From the UHGV virus genome UHGV-0040432: 39,935 nt of DNA; one strand, written 5' to 3'. The stretch comes from a virus. Below are positions 7,873 through 17,360 of this stretch, piece after piece (position 1 is the first letter of the stretch; each line of letters opens with the position of its first letter). A program made the translations under genes and the position numbers. Below the pieces are notes generated by a model. It worked only from the letters and a program-made list of their open reading frames with translations. It ran no database searches and was not told the origin of the DNA.

Positions 7873-8719
7873 ATTAACCGGCTACGTATGGGATGGTTGC
7901 GCGGCGTCGGGCATGAAGTTGTCTAGTGTCGCGATCATGGCTCGCCTCGCTGATTTCAGCAGCGATGAGGGCGTGTGCTGGCCGTCCATTGAAACTATTG
8001 CTCGTCAGCTTGGCGCAGGGCCGAGCACTATCAGAACGGCAATCGCAAAGCTTGAAAAAGATGGCTGGCTCACGCGTACACAGCGCCGTAATGGAAACCG
8101 TAATGCGTCGAACGTGTACCGCCTGAATGTGGCGAAACTTCAGGCTGCTGCATTTTCTCAACTGTCAGATTCTGACACGTCAAAATCTGACGCATCAAAA
8201 TTTGACGCCTCAAAAACTGACCCGTCGAAATCTGGCAAAAATGGCGGTTTTGACCCGTCAGAATCTGGCGGGGATCCGTCAGTAAAATCAAAACAAGATC
8301 CACAATTAACTTCAAAACCCTCTTGTCCGGTTGCAGCGCAACCAGACCCTGAAGTCGTGATTACCGACCAGGCAATTTTGGTTCTGACCCATTTGAACCA
8401 GATCAGCGGATCCCGGTATCAGAAATCAAAAACATCCCTGGAGAACATCCGCGCCAGACTGCGTGAGGGATACAGCGTTGCAGACCTGCAACTGGTTATC
8501 GACCTGAAGCATGAGCACTGGCACGAGAACGACGAGCAGTACCAGTACATGCGGCCGGAAACTCTGTTTGGCCCGAAGAAATTCGAGAGCTATCTGCAAA
8601 GCGCTACCCGCTGGGATCAGAAGGGACGGCCTAAACGAGCTGACTGGGGCGCGAAAAAGCGCGATGTGATGGCTTTTGGTCCGGTTGATACAACGATTCC
8701 AGAGGGGTTCAGAGGATGA
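7862..8719 (+). CDS. Replication initiator (lambda O-like organisation: N-terminal HTH, iteron-encoded linker, conserved phage C-terminal domain)
   Basis: 285-aa ORF; tandem DNA iterons inside the gene encode the SKSDASKFDASKTD linker; C-terminal pattern recalled as the conserved phage replication C-terminus. Confidence 0.65.
   Translation: MSTKLTGYVWDGCAASGMKLSSVAIMARLADFSSDEGVCWPSIETIARQLGAGPSTIRTAIAKLEKDGWLTRTQRRNGNRNASNVYRLNVAKLQAAAFSQLSDSDTSKSDASKFDASKTDPSKSGKNGGFDPSESGGDPSVKSKQDPQLTSKPSCPVAAQPDPEVVITDQAILVLTHLNQISGSRYQKSKTSLENIRARLREGYSVADLQLVIDLKHEHWHENDEQYQYMRPETLFGPKKFESYLQSATRWDQKGRPKRADWGAKKRDVMAFGPVDTTIPEGFRG
8173..8289 (+). repeat. Putative ori iterons: four or five tandem 15-bp repeats followed by an AT-rich stretch
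   Basis: TGACACGTCAAAATC, TGACGCATCAAAATT, TGACGCCTCAAAAAC, TGACCCGTCGAAATC, then TGACCCGTCAGAATC after an 18-bp gap, then a partial copy. Confidence 0.6.
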
Positions 8720-9597
8720 CGTTAAACAAATATTGCCAGGCGCTGGCGGCACTACGTAGCCAACCAGCCCACGAACTGAAAGAAGTTGGCGATCAGTGGC
8801 GGACACCGGATCTGCTTTTCTGGGGTATCAACGCGCTATTTGGTCCATTGATTCTGGACTTGTTTGCTGACGACGACAACGCGAAGTGCCCGGCATGGTA
8901 CACCGCCGAAGATAACGCGCTGACGCAGGACTGGTCTGAACGTCTGGCAGAACTGGGCGGCGCTGGTTATGGCAACCCTCCGTATAGCCGTTCTCAGTAC
9001 CACGAGAAGCAGGCGATCACCGGCATGACGCACATCATGAAGTACGCAGCAGCCCAGCGCGAGAAGGGCGGTCGCTATGTATTCCTGATAAAAGCCGCGC
9101 CGAGTGAAACGTGGTGGCCGGAAGATGCCGATCACATTGTATTCATTCGCGGGCGCATTGGGTTCGATCTGCCTGTGTGGTTTGTACCTGCTGACGAAAA
9201 ACAGAAACCCACCAGCGCGTTTTTTGCCGGTGCCATAGCTGTATTCGATAAGTCATGGCGTGGTGAGCGGTTCAGCTATATCAACCGCACAGAACTGGAG
9301 GCAAAAGGTCGGGCATTTATGGCGCTGGCTCAATTCGCTGTTGGCAAAGAGCCGACAATTGCAATGCGGGCACCCCAGGAGCCAGTCATACCATCGGAAA
9401 CTGAGTCACGTATCTGGCCTCTCGAGGTTGGTCTGGTGTTTAACCAGGTGGAAGGCGTTGCCGTATTGAGTGAGGCTCAGCAGAACAAGCTGAAAGCCAA
9501 CATCAATCAACTCTGGCTGGAACGAACTGCCACCAGCGAAATTATCACAATTGCGCGTGGTCTTGTTGGCAGCATGCAGGGGGTAATCCATGCGTGA
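8716..9597 (+). CDS. DNA N6-adenine methyltransferase (phage Dam-like)
   Basis: 293-aa ORF with GNPPY catalytic motif; ATGA overlap with the rep gene. Confidence 0.7.
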   Translation: MTLNKYCQALAALRSQPAHELKEVGDQWRTPDLLFWGINALFGPLILDLFADDDNAKCPAWYTAEDNALTQDWSERLAELGGAGYGNPPYSRSQYHEKQAITGMTHIMKYAAAQREKGGRYVFLIKAAPSETWWPEDADHIVFIRGRIGFDLPVWFVPADEKQKPTSAFFAGAIAVFDKSWRGERFSYINRTELEAKGRAFMALAQFAVGKEPTIAMRAPQEPVIPSETESRIWPLEVGLVFNQVEGVAVLSEAQQNKLKANINQLWLERTATSEIITIARGLVGSMQGVIHA

Positions 9598-11524
9598 GAT
9601 TATCGTTGATAACTTTGCTGGTGGCGGTGGCGCATCAACGGGTATTGAACTGGCGATCGGACGCAGCGTGGATATTGCGATCAACCACGACGAAAACGCC
9701 ATTGCGATGCACAAGACGAACCACCCGGACACACTGCATTACTGCGAATCCGTATTTGACGTGGATCCGGTAGCCGCCACCGGAGGTAATCCTGTTGGGC
9801 TGGCATGGTTTAGCCCGGACTGCCGACACTTCTCGAAGGCAAAAGGCGCAAAGCCTGTGAAAAAAGAGATACGCGGTCTGGCCTGGATTGTTCTGCGTTG
9901 GGCACTGGCGAAGCGACCGCGTGTGATGATGCTGGAGAACGTGGAAGAGTTCAAAACGTGGGGACCGCTGCTGGCCGATGAAATGCGTCCGGATCCTGCC
10001 CGCACTGGCGAAACATTCAATGCATTTGTCGGCATGCTGTCCACAGGCATTCCTGCTGATCACCCGGCACTGGCTGAGGTTTGTGAGTTTCTGTCTATCG
10101 AAAGAGGTAGCGAGCAGGCGCAAAAGCTGGTGGATGGGCTGGGATATGATGTTGATTATCGCGAACTACGCGCGTGTGATTACGGCGCGCCGACGATCCG
10201 CAAACGCTTCTTCATGGTTATGCGTTGCGATGGCTGCCCAATCCAGTGGCCTGCTGTCACCCATGGGGATCCTAAGTCTCTGGAGGTGCAGAGCGGCAGG
10301 CTGATGCCATGGCGTACCGCTGCGGAATGTATCGACTGGAATGTTTCGGCCCTGTCCATCTTCGACCGCAAAAAACCGCTGGCGGAGAACACTCTGAAGC
10401 GGATCGCGCGCGGCATACAGCGCTTTGTTATCGAAAGTGCATCGCCGTTTATTGTGAAGTGCAATCACACGAGCTCAAAAAATGTGTATGACGCTTTTCG
10501 CGGACAGTCACTGAATGAGCCATTACAGACCATTACTAAAAAACTCGGCTACGCGTTAGCCGTTCCACACCTGACAAAATTCCGCACTGGCGCAACCGGG
10601 CAGCCCGTTACCGAACCTGTCCCGACGGTAACCGCTGGCACATCAAAACGCCCGGGTGGGAATGGGCATGCACTCGGGATTGTTGAGGCTGCACTGACGC
10701 CATTCCTGGCGGGTAATGGTGGTAGTGAATACCAGGCTAAACCGCGCCCGCTGGATAAACCTGCTCATACCATTCTGAAGCAATCCCGCGCCTGTCTTGT
10801 TGCGCCAGTGATAGCCCGCCAGTTTGGGGCCAGCGTAGGCCATCGGGCAGACGAACCGAGCGCAACCATCACCGCTGGCGGTGGCGGTAAATCTCAACTG
10901 GTAACGTCTACGCTGATCCAGATGGGTTATGGCGAACGACCTGGACAAGAACCGCGTGTGCTGCGGCTGGATAACCCGCTGGGGACCGTTACTGCAGGTG
11001 GAAATAAATTCGCGACTGTGAGCGCGTTCCTGGCGAAACACTACGGCGGTAACTACACGGGACCGGGTGTCAGTATGGATGAACCCGCGCACTCAGTGAC
11101 CACTGTCGACCATCATGCAGTAGTTGCCTCTCATCTGGTGAAACTGCGTGGAACATGCCGCGACGGGCAACGCCTTGATGTTCCCATGCCAACAATCACC
11201 GCTGGTGGCCAACACGTGGGTGAGGTACGCACATTTCTTGAGACGTATTGCGGGGAAAGTGACGATGAATGGCTGGTAACGATCGATGGGGTTAAATACC
11301 AGATCGTTGATATCGGAATGCGCATGTTGCAGCCGCATGAACTCTACAAAGCGCAGGGCTTCCCGGATGGATACGTTATTGATCAGGACTACCGTGGAAA
11401 TCGCTATGCAAAAGATAAGCAGGTAGCCCGCTGCGGTAATGCGGTACCACCACCATTCGCCAGGGCGCTGGTGGAGGCAAATCTTCCGGAACTGTGTGCA
11501 GTGCAACAGCAGGAGGTGGCATGA
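9590..11524 (+). CDS. DNA cytosine-C5 methyltransferase with extended variable region
   Basis: Motif I DNFAGGGG, catalytic PDC (SPDCRHFS), ENV, RKRFF and C-terminal GNAV; 644 aa with four T[VI]TAGG-type repeats in the variable region. Confidence 0.8.
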   Translation: MREIIVDNFAGGGGASTGIELAIGRSVDIAINHDENAIAMHKTNHPDTLHYCESVFDVDPVAATGGNPVGLAWFSPDCRHFSKAKGAKPVKKEIRGLAWIVLRWALAKRPRVMMLENVEEFKTWGPLLADEMRPDPARTGETFNAFVGMLSTGIPADHPALAEVCEFLSIERGSEQAQKLVDGLGYDVDYRELRACDYGAPTIRKRFFMVMRCDGCPIQWPAVTHGDPKSLEVQSGRLMPWRTAAECIDWNVSALSIFDRKKPLAENTLKRIARGIQRFVIESASPFIVKCNHTSSKNVYDAFRGQSLNEPLQTITKKLGYALAVPHLTKFRTGATGQPVTEPVPTVTAGTSKRPGGNGHALGIVEAALTPFLAGNGGSEYQAKPRPLDKPAHTILKQSRACLVAPVIARQFGASVGHRADEPSATITAGGGGKSQLVTSTLIQMGYGERPGQEPRVLRLDNPLGTVTAGGNKFATVSAFLAKHYGGNYTGPGVSMDEPAHSVTTVDHHAVVASHLVKLRGTCRDGQRLDVPMPTITAGGQHVGEVRTFLETYCGESDDEWLVTIDGVKYQIVDIGMRMLQPHELYKAQGFPDGYVIDQDYRGNRYAKDKQVARCGNAVPPPFARALVEANLPELCAVQQQEVA

Positions 11525-11907
11525 AACTTGTGCTCCCGTTCCCTCCAAGCGTGAACACGTACTGGCGCGCCCCTAATAAGGGGCCGCTGGCCGGTCGTCA
11601 CCTCATTAGCGCTGATGGTCGTAAATACCAGAGCGCTGCCTGCGTGGCGATCATTGAGCAATTACGACGTCTCCCGAAGCCATCGACTGAACCGGCAGCG
11701 GTAGAAATCACTCTGTACCCGCCGGATGCGCGCCGCCGGGATATCGATAATTACAACAAAGCCCTGTTTGACGCGCTGACGCATGCGGGTGTCTGGGAAG
11801 ACGACAGCCAGATTAAGCGCATGCTGGTGGAGTGGGGACCCGTAGTGCCGAAAGGTCGGGTAGAGATAACGATCAGCAGATATGAACCGGCGGGTGCAGC
11901 CGCCTGA
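11521..11907 (+). CDS. rusA: Holliday junction resolvase RusA
   Basis: 128 aa; N-terminus MKLVLPFPPSVNTYW and RRRDIDNYNKALFDALT match RusA as recalled; ATGA overlap with the upstream gene. Confidence 0.8.
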   Translation: MKLVLPFPPSVNTYWRAPNKGPLAGRHLISADGRKYQSAACVAIIEQLRRLPKPSTEPAAVEITLYPPDARRRDIDNYNKALFDALTHAGVWEDDSQIKRMLVEWGPVVPKGRVEITISRYEPAGAAA

Positions 11908-11920
11908 TATGGAGAAAAGT

Positions 11921-12604
11921 ATGAGCCAATTAGCAACAACAGCATTAACCATGTCCAGCAGCGATATTGCTGAGCTGGTGGAATCACGACATGACCATGT
12001 TAAACGGTCCATTGAACGCCTGGCAGAGCGCGGTGTTATTGAACTCCCCCCAATGGGGGAAGTTAAAAATCACCTCAATCAGTCGGTATCGGTTTATCTG
12101 ATAGGGAAGCGGGACAGTTATATCGTTGTCGCGCAGCTGTCGCCGGAGTTTACCGCGCGTCTGGTTGATCGCTGGCAGGAGCTTGAGCAGGCACAGCAGC
12201 AGACGATTCCTCAATCATTCTCTGAAGCCCTACGTCTTGCAGCTGACCTTGCTGAACAAAAACAGCAGTTGACTAACGAACTGGCTGCCGCGGCGCCGAA
12301 GGTAGCGTTTGTTGATCGGTACTGTACAGCCAGTGGGTCAATGTCATTCCGCCAGGTGGCAAAACTGCTTAAGGCCAAAGAGCCAGATCTGCGGTTATTC
12401 CTCCTTGAGAACGACATCATGTATCGCCTTGGCGGAACGATGACCCCACGGCATCAGCATATTGATGCGGGCCGTTTTGAAGTGAAAACCGGCACATCCG
12501 TAACCTCAAATCATGCATTCAGCCAGGCACGTTTCACGGCGAAAGGCGTGCGCTGGATTGGTGGACTGTGGGCAGAACACATTGCCAGGGGGCAGGTCGC
12601 GTGA
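11921..12604 (+). CDS. Rha-family phage regulatory protein / antirepressor
   Basis: N-terminus MSQLATTALTMSSSDIAELVESRHDHVKRSIERL typical of Rha; start at the ATG preceded by GGAGAAAAG. Confidence 0.7.
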   Translation: MSQLATTALTMSSSDIAELVESRHDHVKRSIERLAERGVIELPPMGEVKNHLNQSVSVYLIGKRDSYIVVAQLSPEFTARLVDRWQELEQAQQQTIPQSFSEALRLAADLAEQKQQLTNELAAAAPKVAFVDRYCTASGSMSFRQVAKLLKAKEPDLRLFLLENDIMYRLGGTMTPRHQHIDAGRFEVKTGTSVTSNHAFSQARFTAKGVRWIGGLWAEHIARGQVA

Positions 12605-13596
12605 GAGCTCTGCTTACCCCCGAGATCGCCCATCGTATGGGGATTGTGCTGTTCCGTCCCGGTGCGGAATTGATGCACCTCTTCATGCGTGGTCGCGTTC
12701 TGCTCGAGCCTGAACCAGAAGAAATGGCGTCATTCAGTACCGGGGCTGTTCCGGCAGCCATTCAGCCGCTGGCTGATGATCCGGTAATGCGGCAGGTCTT
12801 CGAGAATGAGAGGGTTATTCAGCGTGCCGGTGGGCTTCCTTCCCTTGAGCAATGGTTGAGTAATCGGTTTGAATGCCAGTGGCCACATTCAACGTGGCAC
12901 GACAAGAACTTCACAACAATGCGGCACCCACCAGGAAGTATTCGCCTGTGCTGGCATTGCGATCACACTTTGTCGGGGCAGCATACCGAACAGCTTGCAG
13001 GTATAGCGGCAGGAAACCTGGTATCCTGGATTCTGGAAGTCATTCGGCGTGATTCTGGTTTTCCCGAGTCGCATATCCTGACGCTTCCGGAACTGTGCTG
13101 GTGGATGGTCAGAAACGACCTGGCTGATGTTATTCCGGAAAGCGTTGCGCACAAAGGGCTGCGCCTTCCGGATGAGAAGATCCGTTCTGTCATGAGGGAA
13201 AGCGACATAGTGCCTTCCTCGTCAGCAACCAGACTCGTGCAGGAGAAGGCGAAGAAGATCCTCACGCTCTCTGTTGATCCGGAGTCGCCAGAGTCTTTCA
13301 TGCTCAGGCCAAAACGTCGCCGCTGGATAAATGAGACGTACACCCGCTGGGTTAAAACACAACCCTGTGAGTGTTGCCGACGGCCAGCAGATGATCCGCA
13401 CCATATCGTAGGGCACGGTATGGGGGGGACAGCAACAAAAGCCCATGACCTCTTCGTGATCCCTCTGTGCAGAGAGTGCCACGACGAGTTACACGCCGAC
13501 GTACCGGCATTCGAGCAGAAGCATGGTACGCAGCTTGAGCTGCTACTGCGTTTTATGGATCGGGCGCTGGCGATCGGCGTAATTGCGAAAGCTTAA
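12601..13596 (+). CDS. Phage protein with C-terminal HNH-like zinc-binding nuclease domain (DUF968-like)
   Basis: C-terminal CECC...HHIVGHG...CRECHDELH motif; GTG start overlapping the upstream stop; the start is uncertain (an in-frame ATG lies at 12637). Confidence 0.5.
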   Translation: MRALLTPEIAHRMGIVLFRPGAELMHLFMRGRVLLEPEPEEMASFSTGAVPAAIQPLADDPVMRQVFENERVIQRAGGLPSLEQWLSNRFECQWPHSTWHDKNFTTMRHPPGSIRLCWHCDHTLSGQHTEQLAGIAAGNLVSWILEVIRRDSGFPESHILTLPELCWWMVRNDLADVIPESVAHKGLRLPDEKIRSVMRESDIVPSSSATRLVQEKAKKILTLSVDPESPESFMLRPKRRRWINETYTRWVKTQPCECCRRPADDPHHIVGHGMGGTATKAHDLFVIPLCRECHDELHADVPAFEQKHGTQLELLLRFMDRALAIGVIAKA

Positions 13597-14307
13597 GTGT
13601 ATGGAGCGCAAAGAAGCATGAATCACCAAGACCTGAATTTTGTAAGAATAGAATTGCGCCGCGCGCTACCTGACCTCTCTGGGGGAACAAAAGGGCAGCT
13701 TGAGGCTTTCAGTGAACACCCACCAGCAGACAAAAATGCCACCCCGCGCCGTGGAATTCATCTCGTCGAACTCGAAGGAGATAAGGGGCCACGCTTTGTT
13801 AACTCACTTTCCGCGCCACTGTATGTGCTGGAAACACGCAGCCGCCGCAGGCCAATGCCGCCGATAAAAGATGCGGAATTTGAGTCCGCGCCGTGGCGTA
13901 GGGCAGTGTCCGCGCTTAGTGGATACCAGCAGGCCTGGTTGCGGTACTGCTACGGTTTTGACCTTAGCTATAAGCACCAGGTAATGATGTGTGAATACGT
14001 CTGGAAAACTTATCAGAAATGCCTGGGTGAAAACTCGCTTCAGGAGCGTGTAGTAAAGAAACTGATAGGTCTGGTATGGCTGGCAGGGCAGGAAATTGCC
14101 GCAACCAGAAATAATGAAACCTATAAAGACTATGCTGGTGCAGCGTTGGCCCGCATGGTTAGCGTTGACCGTTCAACATGGTTGCGTGTTTATTCAGGGC
14201 ACTGGGCTGGGTTAAAGGCCGCTTTTATCCAGCTTGACGAATCTGCGTTGGCCATGGCACTTGAATACTATGAGGAAGAAGAAACCCTCAAAGTGGCAGA
14301 AATGTGA
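13597..14307 (+). CDS. Putative late-gene antiterminator Q
   Basis: 236-aa ORF in the canonical Q position (after nin-like genes, directly upstream of a strong terminator and the lysis/structural genes); Cys-containing central region. Confidence 0.5.
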   Translation: MYGAQRSMNHQDLNFVRIELRRALPDLSGGTKGQLEAFSEHPPADKNATPRRGIHLVELEGDKGPRFVNSLSAPLYVLETRSRRRPMPPIKDAEFESAPWRRAVSALSGYQQAWLRYCYGFDLSYKHQVMMCEYVWKTYQKCLGENSLQERVVKKLIGLVWLAGQEIAATRNNETYKDYAGAALARMVSVDRSTWLRVYSGHWAGLKAAFIQLDESALAMALEYYEEEETLKVAEM

Positions 14308-14398
14308 ACTAAATTTCACTATCTCCTTCAAACGCGCTTGCAAAATGCAACAAAATAAGCCATATTTGAAGCATATTTGATATGTTGCCAAAGTTTTA
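14308..14398 (+). promoter_or_regulatory. Candidate late promoter (PR'-like) region
   Basis: Best hexamer pair is TTGCAA-17 nt-CATATT at 14338..14366, which is imperfect; assigned mainly by position between the Q-like gene and the terminator. Confidence 0.35.
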
Positions 14399-14427
14399 TA
14401 AACCCGCCGATGAGCGGGTTTTTTTAT
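14399..14427 (+). terminator. Strong intrinsic terminator (tR'-like)
   Basis: AAACCCGC-cgatga-GCGGGTTT hairpin followed by T6. Confidence 0.8.
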
Positions 14428-14547
14428 GGCAAATCAGTCATGCACGGCGCATAAAGGCGCTGGCGGTCGCAGAATGGAATTCTTCTCTTGCTGGTATCAC
14501 CAACCAGAGTTATCTGTATGTCACGCAACTAATTTTAGGTAAAAGAC

Positions 14548-14739
14548 ATGCTAAATCAGGAAGATATGACAGAAACGGCAAAGGCTGTTTTCAATGAACT
14601 AAGCGATAAACCAGCAACGGCTGGGGAGATTGCACAGAATACCCACCTCAGCCGCGAACGTTGCCAGCTCATACTCACGCAGCTGGTGATGGCTGGGTTA
14701 TCTGATTACCAGTTCGGATGTTATAAACGCCTCCAGTAA
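14548..14739 (+). CDS. Small hypothetical protein, possible DNA-binding
   Basis: 63-aa ORF downstream of the tR'-like terminator; HTH-like segment PATAGEIAQNTHLSRERCQLILTQL. Confidence 0.4.
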   Translation: MLNQEDMTETAKAVFNELSDKPATAGEIAQNTHLSRERCQLILTQLVMAGLSDYQFGCYKRLQ

Positions 14740-14889
14740 TGGGGGCTTTCTGCTGTGGAAATGGGCGGCTGGTGGGTGTTAGCGCACCCGGCCAGCCATC
14801 AGCTCATGCTTTCAGGTCACAAGCTAACCAAGGCCCACTGCTTTAGCGCAAAAGCAACGTGAGCCTATCAGAGTTATGCTTACTGATCT

Positions 14890-15942
14890 ATGAAAAATAC
14901 TGTAAAAATAAACAGTGCTGAGTTAATCAACGCTGATAGCCTGCATTACGTCGCCACCCTCCCGGATAACTCTATTGATCTGATAGTTACGGATCCGCCG
15001 TACTTCAAAGTGAAGCCCAACGGCTGGGACAACCAATGGAAGGGGGACGAGGACTACTTACGCTGGCTTGATAGCTGTCTGGCTGAGTATGCTCGCGTTC
15101 TTAAATCTGCTGGCAGCATTTACCTGTTTTGCGGTCACCGACTGGCCTCAGATATAGAGATTATGATGCGTGCCCGGTTCAACGTTTTGAATCACATCAT
15201 TTGGGCAAAACCATCGGGCCGTTGGAATGGATGTAATAAAGAAAGCCTGCGTGCGTACTTTCCATCTACGGAACGGATTTTGTTTGCTGAGCACTATCTT
15301 GGGCCGTACACAGGTAAAGAGGATGTTTACGAAAGGAAAAGCACAGAGCTAAAGCAGCACATTATGACGCCGCTGATTGATTACTTCCGTAATGCCCGTG
15401 AATCACTGGGTGTCAGCTCGAAAGAAATAGCTGAGGCAACCGGAAAGAAAAACATGGCGTCACACTGGTTTGGTGCAAGCCAATGGCAACTACCAAATGA
15501 AGTGGACTATAGAAAATTGCAGGAACTGTTCACGCGGATCGCTATCGATAAGCACATTCAGCAGAAGCTTGAACATCCTCACCATCAGCTGGTAGCCACC
15601 TATCAGTCATTAAACCGCAAGTATTCAGAATTGCTGGAGGAATACAAAACCCTCCGGCGCTGCTTCTCTGTTTCCGCTCTTGTTCCGTATACCGACGTAT
15701 GGACGCATAAGCCTGTGCAGTTTTATCCAGGCAAACATCCATGCGAAAAACCTGCCGACATGCTGAAGCAGATCATTAGCGCCAGCAGCAGACCAGGGGA
15801 TATCGTTGCCGATTTCTTTATGGGCTCAGGTTCAACTGTGAAAGCTGCAATAGAACTTGGTCGTCGGGCGATCGGGGTAGAACTGGAAGCTGACAGATTT
15901 ATTCAGACCACCGAAGAGGTGGAAAAATTGATCAAAACATAA
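14890..15942 (+). CDS. DNA methyltransferase, beta-class N6-adenine/N4-cytosine type
   Basis: DPPY motif near the N-terminus and FFMGSGST (FxGxG) near the C-terminus, the permuted order typical of beta-class amino-methyltransferases. Confidence 0.75.
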   Translation: MKNTVKINSAELINADSLHYVATLPDNSIDLIVTDPPYFKVKPNGWDNQWKGDEDYLRWLDSCLAEYARVLKSAGSIYLFCGHRLASDIEIMMRARFNVLNHIIWAKPSGRWNGCNKESLRAYFPSTERILFAEHYLGPYTGKEDVYERKSTELKQHIMTPLIDYFRNARESLGVSSKEIAEATGKKNMASHWFGASQWQLPNEVDYRKLQELFTRIAIDKHIQQKLEHPHHQLVATYQSLNRKYSELLEEYKTLRRCFSVSALVPYTDVWTHKPVQFYPGKHPCEKPADMLKQIISASSRPGDIVADFFMGSGSTVKAAIELGRRAIGVELEADRFIQTTEEVEKLIKT

Positions 15943-16088
15943 CGATCATCACGCCTCTGTGGATGTGGTGATCACCATTTTCAGGCACCGGGAATCATCC
16001 TTACTTTTATTTGAACAAAAGAGCCCGGTTGCCTGATTCCACATCCCCTCATTTCTGAGAGGAATCACAGCAATTAAGAGGGGGCTAA

Positions 16089-16475
16089 ATGTCCGATCCG
16101 ATTTCCGGTACTGGGCTGGCTGGTGGTGTCCTGACGGGAGCCAGCGTCTATGGATTTCTGTCCGGAACCGATTATGGTGTGGTGTTTGGCGCATTTGCCG
16201 GGGCTGTATTTTACATTGCAACCGCAGCGGATCTAAGTGCAGCACGCCGACTGGCATATTTTCTGGTTTCGTATATCGCGGGGATCCTTTGTTCCGGGCT
16301 GGTGGGTTCAAAGCTGGCTCAGGCTACCGGCTACAGTGATAAACCACTGGATGCCATTGGCGCCGTAATCGTTTCTGCTTTAGCCGTCAAAATCCTGACG
16401 TTCCTGAATAATCAGGATGTCGGCTCGCTGGTGGCGCTGATAACGCGCCGGGGAGGTTCAGGTGGTACAAAATGA
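16089..16475 (+). CDS. Holin
   Basis: 128-aa hydrophobic protein with several predicted transmembrane segments; strong AGAGGGGG Shine-Dalgarno; directly upstream of the endolysin. Confidence 0.65.
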   Translation: MSDPISGTGLAGGVLTGASVYGFLSGTDYGVVFGAFAGAVFYIATAADLSAARRLAYFLVSYIAGILCSGLVGSKLAQATGYSDKPLDAIGAVIVSALAVKILTFLNNQDVGSLVALITRRGGSGGTK

Positions 16476-16743
16476 CCCATCGGCAACTTTAAATGCATTG
16501 CTTTGCGCTGGGGTAGTGCTGACCCTGATGTTTTATCGTCGAGGCGATTCGCGACATCGACCATGGATATCTCGCCTGGCGTGGCTGCTTACGGTCATCT
16601 ATAGCGCGGTTCCGCTGGCATATCTGTGCGGTATCTACCCTTATTCATCGTGGGCCACTATCGGGGCCAACATTATTTTCCTGTCTGTGCTGGTCGCTGT
16701 CAGAGGCAACGTGGCACGCCTGGTTGATCATCTGAGGCAATAA
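16462..16743 (+). CDS. Holin-like / antiholin-like small membrane protein
   Basis: 93-aa protein with two or three hydrophobic segments; overlaps the upstream gene and abuts the endolysin start. Confidence 0.55.
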   Translation: MVQNDPSATLNALLCAGVVLTLMFYRRGDSRHRPWISRLAWLLTVIYSAVPLAYLCGIYPYSSWATIGANIIFLSVLVAVRGNVARLVDHLRQ

Positions 16744-17360
16744 TGAACCAATCACAATTTCAGCAGGCGGCTGGTATCAGCGCCGGGCTTTCTGCACGCT
16801 GGTTTCCGCACATTGATGCGGCAATGAAAGAGTTTGGAATCACAGCAGTTAACGATCAGGCCATGTTCATTGCGCAAGTTGGGCATGAATCTGCTGGTTT
16901 TACCTCGCTGGTCGAGAGCTTCAACTACTCGGTAGACGGGCTAAAGAAAACCTTTGGTAAACGCCTGACACCGTATCAGTGTGAAATGCTGGGGCGAGTA
17001 GATGGTAAGCAGGTGGCCCACCAGCCGCAAATAGCCAATCTGGTTTATGGTGACCGCATGGGGAATAACAGCCAGGGTGATGGCTGGAAATATCGTGGTC
17101 GTGGCCTGCTTCAAATCACCGGCCGCGAGAACTACGCCAAATGCGGTGCGGTGCTGAAGCTTGATCTGATCAGCACACCAGAGTTGCTGACACAGGATAA
17201 GCATGCCGCCCGTTCTGCTGCATGGTATTTCACATTACGTGGTTGCCTGATGTATTCAGGTGATGTTGTCCGTGTAACGCAGATCATTAACGGTGGCCAG
17301 AATGGACTGGCTGACAGAAATAGTCGTTATAACAAAGCGCGGGCGGCGTTGCTGGTATGA
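16743..17360 (+). CDS. Endolysin, glycoside hydrolase family 19 (chitinase-like)
   Basis: GHESAGF and [10 protein letters not shown] segments typical of GH19 phage endolysins, as recalled. Confidence 0.7.
   Translation: MNQSQFQQAAGISAGLSARWFPHIDAAMKEFGITAVNDQAMFIAQVGHESAGFTSLVESFNYSVDGLKKTFGKRLTPYQCEMLGRVDGKQVAHQPQIANLVYGDRMGNNSQGDGWKYRGRGLLQITGRENYAKCGAVLKLDLISTPELLTQDKHAARSAAWYFTLRGCLMYSGDVVRVTQIINGGQNGLADRNSRYNKARAALLV

Noticed and set aside
8160-8290. Tandem short repeats that could be mistaken for a CRISPR array
   Set aside because: Repeats are 15 bp, contiguous with no spacers, and lie inside a replication gene; interpreted as ori iterons.
9635-11548. Minus-strand ORFs inside the C5-methyltransferase gene (9635..10123, 9739..10050, 10166..10468, 10643..11092, 11093..11548)
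   Set aside because: Antisense shadow ORFs within a motif-supported gene.
14338-14366. Exact late-promoter hexamers
   Set aside because: The best candidate, TTGCAA-17-CATATT, has a poor -10; only the region is reported.
14382-14597. Track ORF spanning the tR'-like terminator
   Set aside because: It begins within the terminator hairpin and overlaps the better-supported small ORF at 14548..14739; judged spurious.
15949-16311. Minus-strand 120-aa ORF overlapping the MTase-holin junction
   Set aside because: Overlaps the holin gene, which has a strong Shine-Dalgarno sequence; no ribosome-binding site of its own.
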